Source: a virus
Taxonomy: Duplodnaviria > Caudoviricetes
Strand: one strand, 5' to 3'
Length of the DNA: 31,136 nt
IMG/VR virus record: IMGVR_UViG_3300005805_000302
Coordinates: 1 to 31,136 of that record
Shown: in pieces, positions 25,259-31,136 of the stretch
Numbering within the stretch: the first letter of the stretch is position 1
Layout: every line of letters starts with the position of its first letter
Position numbers and translations under genes: made by a program
Notes under the pieces: generated by a model
What the model saw: only the letters and a program-made list of their open reading frames with translations
Databases searched by the model: none
Told to the model about the DNA's origin: nothing

Positions 25259-28027
25259 ATGGCACTAGGATCACCAGGAGTAGAAGTAACAGTTATCGAT
25301 GAGAGTTTTTACACACCATCGCAGCCTAACACTGTTCCTTTTATCTTTGTAACAACTCAACAAGACAAAACAAATCCAAGCGGAGGAACAGCACAAGGCA
25401 CAACCGCAGCAAATAATGGCAAAGTATGGTTAATAACCAGTCAAAGAGACCTAACAGATACTTTTGGCACACCATATTTTGAAAAAGATTCAACTAACCA
25501 AGCAGTACACGGAAGTGAACTGAATGAATATGGCTTGCAGGCTGCATACAGTGTTTTAGGGTTGACTAGCAGAGCCTATATCGCAAGAGCTGATGTGGAC
25601 TTAGGCAGCATTGCTCCTGCTACTACAGCTCCAACAGGAGATCCTGTATCAGGCACCTATTGGGTAGATACAGATGCCAGTAAGTATGGTGTTTTTGAAT
25701 ACAGCACAACTACCAATAACGGTAGAGGTGGATTCACTGCTATTACTCCGTTGGTTATCGATTCTGACAACGTTGCAACAGCAGCAAATGGTAGCTTAGT
25801 TCCGCTAACCAGTTTTGGTAGTAAAGGTAACTACGCTATAGTTGTTACTCCAGACAATGAAAATACATTGTATTACAAAGATTCAAGTAATGCTTGGGTA
25901 GTAGTTCAAGACAACTTTGATTCTGGAAAAGACGTACAAGTTAGCCCACATACTAGTGTACCTACTTGGACTACATCTACTACAAAAACAGGCAGTGTAT
26001 GGGTTAAAACATCTAGTGCAGGCGGTGGCGCAAGCTGGGTAGTAAAATATTATAACGGTTCAACTGGCGTATGGAGCACAATGACTGCTCCTATATATTC
26101 TAGCACAAGACAGGCACTAGAAAAATTAGATTATGCAGGCGGTGGTAAGAATATTACTGTAGGAAATGTGTTTATTGAATCAAGTTTTGAACATGCTGCT
26201 AACGCACAGGCGACATTTAAACTATGGCGTAGAGCGAATAGTGGCGCAACAAGTTTCAGTGTAACAGACAGTACTACAACTAGCACAGGTGGAACATTTA
26301 CAGTAAGAGAAAGCCTAGCAAGCAGCACAGCATTTGGCTCAGTTACTACAGTGACAATACCTAGTGGCTTAGTTGCTGCACAAGTCCCAGCAGCTATAAG
26401 CAGCGCTGGACTGACTAACGTCAGCGCAACATACAATACTACAACTGGTGTATTAACAGTAAGTCATGCACTAGGTGGTGATATGCTAATCAATGATGTT
26501 AGTGGATTGTTAGCTAATATCGGTGTAAGTAGTTCTGTTGATAATGTTTACACAGCAGCATCTGGTGATACACCATTTGATTTCTTGGTTTCAAACTGGG
26601 CACCATTAGTTTATGAAGCAGCGGCTAATCCTTCATCTACTGACCCAGCAGAGGGAACATTATGGTTTGATAGTAATCTTTCAACTGTTGATTTACTAGA
26701 ACACAACGGATCAACATGGGTGACTTTCTCCGGTGATGTTACAGTTGCCGCAACAGCCCCAAGCAGTCCTGCAGATGGAGATGTGTGGGTATCAACAGCA
26801 GATGCAGAAAGATACGGACACGATGTTTATGTATGGGATTCATTTGCCAATGATTGGGTGTTACAAGACGTAACTGATCAATCAAGTCCTGATGGATGGG
26901 TATTTGACAACGCTAGAGTAGATGCAAATTCAAGCCTAGATGCAGACGCTCCAGATCCTGATTTATATCCAGCAGGTATTAAGTTATGGAATCTACGTGC
27001 TAGTGGCAATACAGTTAAACAGTGGGCTAACAGTAAGTGGTCATGTGTTACTCCTAACAACGAAGACGGAAGTGGCGTATTCGGTAGGTTAGCACAGAGA
27101 AAGTATGTTGTCACCGCTCTAAAAGCATTTATGGATTCTAATACAACAATCAGAGATACTGATACAGTAAACTTTAACCTAATAGCTTGCCCAGGATATC
27201 CTGAGGTTATTGCTAATATGGTTAACTTGAACGGCGATAGAGGACAGACAGCATTTGTAGTAGGAGATACTCCTATGCGTTTAAATCCAACAGCTAGCGC
27301 ATTAACAGCATGGGGAAATAATTCTACTCTCGCTACGGATAATGGAGACGACGGCTTAGTTACATTTGATCCATACCTTGGTGTTTTCTATCCAAGCGGA
27401 TTGGCTACAGATAACTCAGGTGTTAATATTGTTGTTCCGCCAAGTCATATGATGCTAAGAACTATTATTAGCAGCGATGCAAAAAGCTATCAATGGTTTG
27501 CACCAGCTGGTACACGTAGAGGAAATGTAGATAATGCTACAGCAGTAGGATACGTTACAAGCGAGGGAGAATTTAAATCTGTCGCACTATACGAGGGACT
27601 AAGAGATGTCCTACGTGATGTCAAAGTTAATCCAATAGCAACGCTGCCAGGTGTAGGTATTGTTAACTATGGACAATATACACGTTCAAGAGATGACAGT
27701 GCTTTAGATCGAATTAATGTTGCTAGACTGGTTGCTTTTTTACGCAGACAACTTGCAGTGTTAGCAAAACCATTCTTGTTCGAACCTAATGATGAGCAAA
27801 CACGCAGAGAGATTAAAGGTGCAGCAGAAAGCCTATTAATTGAGTTAGTAGGTCAAAGAGCGCTATACGATTTTATTGTAGTCTGTGATAGCACAAATAA
27901 TACAAGAGAAAGAATTGATCGTTCTGAGCTCCATATGGATATTGCTATTGAACCAGTTAAGGCTGTAGAGTTTATCTACATTCCTTTACGTATTAAAAAT
28001 ACTGGCGAAATTGCAGCCGGGGTTTAA
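25259..28027 (+). CDS. gp18: Contractile tail sheath protein
   Basis: SPGVEVTVIDES N-terminus; WFAPAGTRRG, VNPI, ALDRINVARL, FEPND, VVCDSTNNT, IEPVKAVEFIYI C-terminal sheath motifs. Confidence 0.96.
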   Translation: MALGSPGVEVTVIDESFYTPSQPNTVPFIFVTTQQDKTNPSGGTAQGTTAANNGKVWLITSQRDLTDTFGTPYFEKDSTNQAVHGSELNEYGLQAAYSVLGLTSRAYIARADVDLGSIAPATTAPTGDPVSGTYWVDTDASKYGVFEYSTTTNNGRGGFTAITPLVIDSDNVATAANGSLVPLTSFGSKGNYAIVVTPDNENTLYYKDSSNAWVVVQDNFDSGKDVQVSPHTSVPTWTTSTTKTGSVWVKTSSAGGGASWVVKYYNGSTGVWSTMTAPIYSSTRQALEKLDYAGGGKNITVGNVFIESSFEHAANAQATFKLWRRANSGATSFSVTDSTTTSTGGTFTVRESLASSTAFGSVTTVTIPSGLVAAQVPAAISSAGLTNVSATYNTTTGVLTVSHALGGDMLINDVSGLLANIGVSSSVDNVYTAASGDTPFDFLVSNWAPLVYEAAANPSSTDPAEGTLWFDSNLSTVDLLEHNGSTWVTFSGDVTVAATAPSSPADGDVWVSTADAERYGHDVYVWDSFANDWVLQDVTDQSSPDGWVFDNARVDANSSLDADAPDPDLYPAGIKLWNLRASGNTVKQWANSKWSCVTPNNEDGSGVFGRLAQRKYVVTALKAFMDSNTTIRDTDTVNFNLIACPGYPEVIANMVNLNGDRGQTAFVVGDTPMRLNPTASALTAWGNNSTLATDNGDDGLVTFDPYLGVFYPSGLATDNSGVNIVVPPSHMMLRTIISSDAKSYQWFAPAGTRRGNVDNATAVGYVTSEGEFKSVALYEGLRDVLRDVKVNPIATLPGVGIVNYGQYTRSRDDSALDRINVARLVAFLRRQLAVLAKPFLFEPNDEQTRREIKGAAESLLIELVGQRALYDFIVVCDSTNNTRERIDRSELHMDIAIEPVKAVEFIYIPLRIKNTGEIAAGV

Positions 28028-28031
28028 TAGG

Positions 28032-28037
28032 TAAATA
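28032..28037 (+). promoter_or_regulatory. Late promoter box for the tail tube gene
   Basis: gTAAATA followed by AAGGAG SD. Confidence 0.7.
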
Positions 28038-28058
28038 ATAAGAACAAGGAGCATATAG

Positions 28059-28694
28059 ATGCCAATCGCAAGTTTAAACAGATTTACAGTACCGCTAACA
28101 ACAGATCAAAGCGCAGCAACGCAGGGTCTGTTGATGCCAAAACTAAGATATCGCTTTCGCGTTACCTTAGATGGATTCGGTGTAGCAGGTACTCCTACAA
28201 CAGAACTAACCAAGCAGGTTATGAATGTAACTCGTCCACAGGTTAACTTTGAGGAAATTAAACTTTCAGTTTATAACAGTACAGTAAAGTTAGCAGGGCG
28301 TCACAGCTTTGAAGATGCTACTCTTACATTACGAGATGATGTAACTGGTGCAGTAACACGTAAAGTAGGCGAGCAACTTCAGAAACAATTTGACTTTTTT
28401 GAACAGAGCGGTGCTGCTAGCGGTATTGATTACAAGTTTAGAATGAGAGTTGAAATTTTAGACGGCGGCAATGGCGCTTTTGAACCAACAAGTTTAGAAA
28501 GTTTCGAGTTCTTAGGATGTTTCGTAAAGAAAGCAGCCTATCAAGGCGGCGATTATACAAACAATGAACCTATGGATATTGCTCTTACAATAACATACGA
28601 TAATGCTATTCAACTAAATCGTCCAGGCGGTGATAGAGCTGGATTAGGTCAAGACGTAGGCAGAACTGTTCGTACATTAGCCCTAGGCGGATAA
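28059..28694 (+). CDS. gp19: Tail tube protein
   Basis: Follows the sheath; PKLRYRFRV, KLAGRHSF..ATLTLRD, IALTITYDNA tube-fold pattern. Confidence 0.85.
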   Translation: MPIASLNRFTVPLTTDQSAATQGLLMPKLRYRFRVTLDGFGVAGTPTTELTKQVMNVTRPQVNFEEIKLSVYNSTVKLAGRHSFEDATLTLRDDVTGAVTRKVGEQLQKQFDFFEQSGAASGIDYKFRMRVEILDGGNGAFEPTSLESFEFLGCFVKKAAYQGGDYTNNEPMDIALTITYDNAIQLNRPGGDRAGLGQDVGRTVRTLALGG

Positions 28695-28710
28695 AAAAGT
28701 CCACTTTGTC

Positions 28711-28739
28711 AAAAGCCCGGCATTAGTCGGGCTTTTTTT
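28711..28739 (+). terminator. Rho-independent terminator
   Basis: aaaagcccggc-atta-gtcgggctttt hairpin plus T run. Confidence 0.88.
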
Positions 28740-28755
28740 ATACATAAATATTATT

Positions 28756-29952
28756 ATGGCAAATGCTTTTACAAACTTTTTAGGTGGTGTTGTGAGTGGT
28801 ATCTTCGGTGATAGCGGAGACCTCAAAGACTATCAACATGCAGACAGATTGTATGTTAAAAATACATATGCTAGAGCTCCTAAAGTAGGATTTCTATATT
28901 TTGTAAGTTTCAATATCAACAGAAATGCTATCATTGATAAAAACTGGGATCAACGCAAAGGCTATAGAGATGTAGGGTTATTAGTAAGACGTTTAGACTT
29001 ACCAAGATTTTCAGTTTCATCTGAAACATTAAATCAATATAACAAAAAAACTATCGTACATACTAAAATCTCTTACAGTAATATTGTTATAGACTTCCAC
29101 GATGACAACAGCAACCTCACTACAGATTTATGGAAAAACTATTACAACTATTACTTTAGAGATGGCATTTACGGCAATACATCATCTAAAATTAAGCCCA
29201 AAGAATACGCAGATACCAAATACGGAACTAATGATTATGCTTACGGTTTCGACAGTTATCAGTCATTTCCTTTCTTAGATAGTACAGACATATATGTACT
29301 ACACAAGGGAAAAGGACCACAAGATTTTACTCAGTATACTTTAATCAATCCTAAAATTACAGAGTGGGTTCATAGTGATTTAAATCAGGACGAAGGCAAT
29401 AAAATAATGTCTTCAAGAATGACTCTATCCTATGAAGCAGTGACATATAAGACAGGTAAAATAGTAAAGAATAAAAGTCCAGAAGGGTTCGCTCCAGTTT
29501 ATTACGATACATCACCGAGTCCTTTAAGTATATCTGGCGGTATACCAGGGACCTTATTCGGAGATAACGGTATTATTGCAGGTGCAGGTCAAGTATTCGG
29601 AGAAAACGGAAGTTGGAACAGAGCCCTTAGCTCGGGTAATCCGTTGGATTTTTTAGGTGCTGCTATTCAGACAAGAAATCTTGCTAAGGGAGTAGGACAA
29701 CTTAGTAAGGCAGGATTAAAAACAGAAGGATACAGTATATTGAACGGTGCCTTAACAGGAATGGCAACAGCTGGCAGGGATCAGGTTACCCAGCCTGGCG
29801 GATTAACACAGTCTATACAAGCCGGACTACAACAAAGTGGGTATGGCACATTAGGTAATGTAGGAGTTAATCTGTTTTCTTATAAAAACTCAAGTATTAA
29901 TGGTCAAACGACTGCCAGACCTAGTACATTGACAGGTGGAGGAAACGGATAA
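28756..29952 (+). CDS. Tail-tube-fold protein (baseplate tube initiator, gp54/gp48-like) with Gly-rich C-terminal extension
   Basis: LDLPRFSV...NQYNKK...ISYSNIVIDFHDD...MTLSYE resembles tube-family strands; TAAATA at 28745-28750. Confidence 0.55.
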   Translation: MANAFTNFLGGVVSGIFGDSGDLKDYQHADRLYVKNTYARAPKVGFLYFVSFNINRNAIIDKNWDQRKGYRDVGLLVRRLDLPRFSVSSETLNQYNKKTIVHTKISYSNIVIDFHDDNSNLTTDLWKNYYNYYFRDGIYGNTSSKIKPKEYADTKYGTNDYAYGFDSYQSFPFLDSTDIYVLHKGKGPQDFTQYTLINPKITEWVHSDLNQDEGNKIMSSRMTLSYEAVTYKTGKIVKNKSPEGFAPVYYDTSPSPLSISGGIPGTLFGDNGIIAGAGQVFGENGSWNRALSSGNPLDFLGAAIQTRNLAKGVGQLSKAGLKTEGYSILNGALTGMATAGRDQVTQPGGLTQSIQAGLQQSGYGTLGNVGVNLFSYKNSSINGQTTARPSTLTGGGNG

Positions 29953-30320
29953 TGTATAATAATATTCCCGCAAATAAGTCTACCAACAGTGACAGCGCTA
30001 CTTTGAAAGCCTTTGACACATATTATGATAAGCCTATAGAAATTTCAGTAAGCACATATAATGCCGCGGTCGCCTTTTTTACCGGTAGAGGCTTTGATCA
30101 AACTGCTGCAGAATCTGTAGCATTAATCGTTTTAAAGCAGGCAAAGAAAGATGATCTTAACCCTATGAAAATACTAGACACATTAAAGGGGTTAGATCAA
30201 GTTGAAATATCTGCGTTAGTAGCTGAAATTATTAACTATAATAGATTTAAAACCAGCTTCTTAGGTTACTCTTTAGAATATAGAACTAACGAACAGGTTA
30301 ATCGCAACGTTCTTTCATGA
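29952..30320 (+). CDS. Hypothetical protein
   Basis: 122 aa, coupled to both neighbours (TAATG and ATGA overlaps). Confidence 0.7.
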   Translation: MYNNIPANKSTNSDSATLKAFDTYYDKPIEISVSTYNAAVAFFTGRGFDQTAAESVALIVLKQAKKDDLNPMKILDTLKGLDQVEISALVAEIINYNRFKTSFLGYSLEYRTNEQVNRNVLS

Positions 30321-30760
30321 GTTTAAAGTTTAGTCAAGGTATATTCACGATGAAAAACCCTGAAAAATATATGGGTAGTAAGTCACCCATGTTTCGATCT
30401 AGTTGGGAATATACTTTTATGACTTTTTGCGATAACAATCCTGCTGTGCAACAATGGGCTAGCGAATGTGTAAAGATTCCATATAGAGATCCGTTAACAG
30501 GAAGGCAGACCGTTTATGTTCCAGATTTTCTTGTTCATTACGTTGATAAAAACCAAAAAAAACATGTCGAACTTATAGAAATAAAGCCAGTTAAACAAAC
30601 ACTACGAGAACATGTAGGTAAAAATCCTTATAACCAGGCGCAGTATGTTAAAAATTTAGCAAAATGGGAAGCTGCAACTTCTTGGTGCAAAAATCGAGGT
30701 ATTAGGTTTAGAGTAGTTAACGAAGGTGATATTTTTCATAATCCTCGAAATAAAAAATAA
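30317..30760 (+). CDS. gp4: Head completion nuclease, T4 gp4-like (TnsA-like PD-(D/E)xK)
   Basis: KNPEKY.G, FRSSWE..FM.FCD.N, WASE, YVPDF, IEIKP, N.AKWEAA. Confidence 0.9.
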   Translation: MSLKFSQGIFTMKNPEKYMGSKSPMFRSSWEYTFMTFCDNNPAVQQWASECVKIPYRDPLTGRQTVYVPDFLVHYVDKNQKKHVELIEIKPVKQTLREHVGKNPYNQAQYVKNLAKWEAATSWCKNRGIRFRVVNEGDIFHNPRNKK

Positions 30761-30768
30761 GTAAATTT

Positions 30769-31136
30769 ATGACTAAAAAACTCGAAGAACTATTTGACCT
30801 TCCACCTACGGAAGAAACTTTCACTCAACCTGTTAGTGAACCTTTACCTATTATAAACCTTGAAGAAAAGCTAGAAGAGTTTGACAAAATATCAGCAGCA
30901 CTACCTAGAGTAAAAGGTTTAGGTGATTTGAGTGACGCAGAACTGGATGCACTTGCCAGCAAAGCAGAGCAGGCCTACGATGATTTAATGGATCTAGGTA
31001 TGAATGTTGAAGCTAGATATGGAGCCCGTATGTTTGAAGTGGCTGCGCAAATGATGAATGCTGCCATTACTGCTAAATCTAACAAAATAGATAAAAAACT
31101 AAAAATGATAGATTTGCAGATTAAAAAATATGCTGT
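30769..31136 (+). CDS. Probable terminase small subunit (gp16-like), truncated by the window end; absent from the ORF track
   Basis: Open to the edge: MTKKLEELFDLP...AYDDLMDLGMNVEARYGARMFEVAAQMM. ARMFEVAA resembles the gp16 PR.xEV motif; preceded by TAAGTA plus 5 nt. Confidence 0.6.
   Translation, partial: MTKKLEELFDLPPTEETFTQPVSEPLPIINLEEKLEEFDKISAALPRVKGLGDLSDAELDALASKAEQAYDDLMDLGMNVEARYGARMFEVAAQMMNAAITAKSNKIDKKLKMIDLQIKKYA

Noticed and set aside
30317-30760. TnsA transposase / Tn7-like element
   Set aside because: The TnsA-like fold is shared with T4 gp4; the context is virion assembly and no tnsB/C or terminal repeats are visible
1-31136. tRNA/rRNA genes, inteins in sheath or fibres, stop-codon reassignment
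   Set aside because: Intergenic gaps are too short and lack cloverleafs; no intein terminal motifs seen; genes are full length in the standard code

Overview
AT-rich virion-morphogenesis region of a large T4-like (myovirus) bacteriophage. In order it holds: the C-terminal part of the major capsid protein (gp23-like); two small late genes; a ~16 kb cluster of fibre/appendage genes (1836, 127, 700, 258, 1281, 175 and 947 aa) built from shared modules; and a small-peptide/hypothetical/glycosyltransferase trio. A minus-strand block follows (Mtd_N fibre, gp14-like, gp15-like, Nudix), then the gp13-like neck gene, a Cys-rich protein, dNMP kinase, an HNH-like gene, tail sheath (gp18), tail tube (gp19), a tube-fold protein, gp4-like head-completion nuclease and the start of a probable small terminase. 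Late-promoter boxes (TAAATA) and Rho-independent terminators punctuate the region. Most notable: (1) the capsid gene appears interrupted just upstream of nt 73 by a foreign segment without canonical intron/intein ends; (2) the 1836-aa protein carries five repeats (four spaced ~165 aa apart) with a phycobiliprotein-like C-x-R-D chromophore-site motif; (3) a collagen fibre carries an amicyanin-type copper-site domain; (4) four late genes look strictly leaderless; (5) candidate structured RNA leaders. All product calls come from motif recognition by eye; no searches were run.
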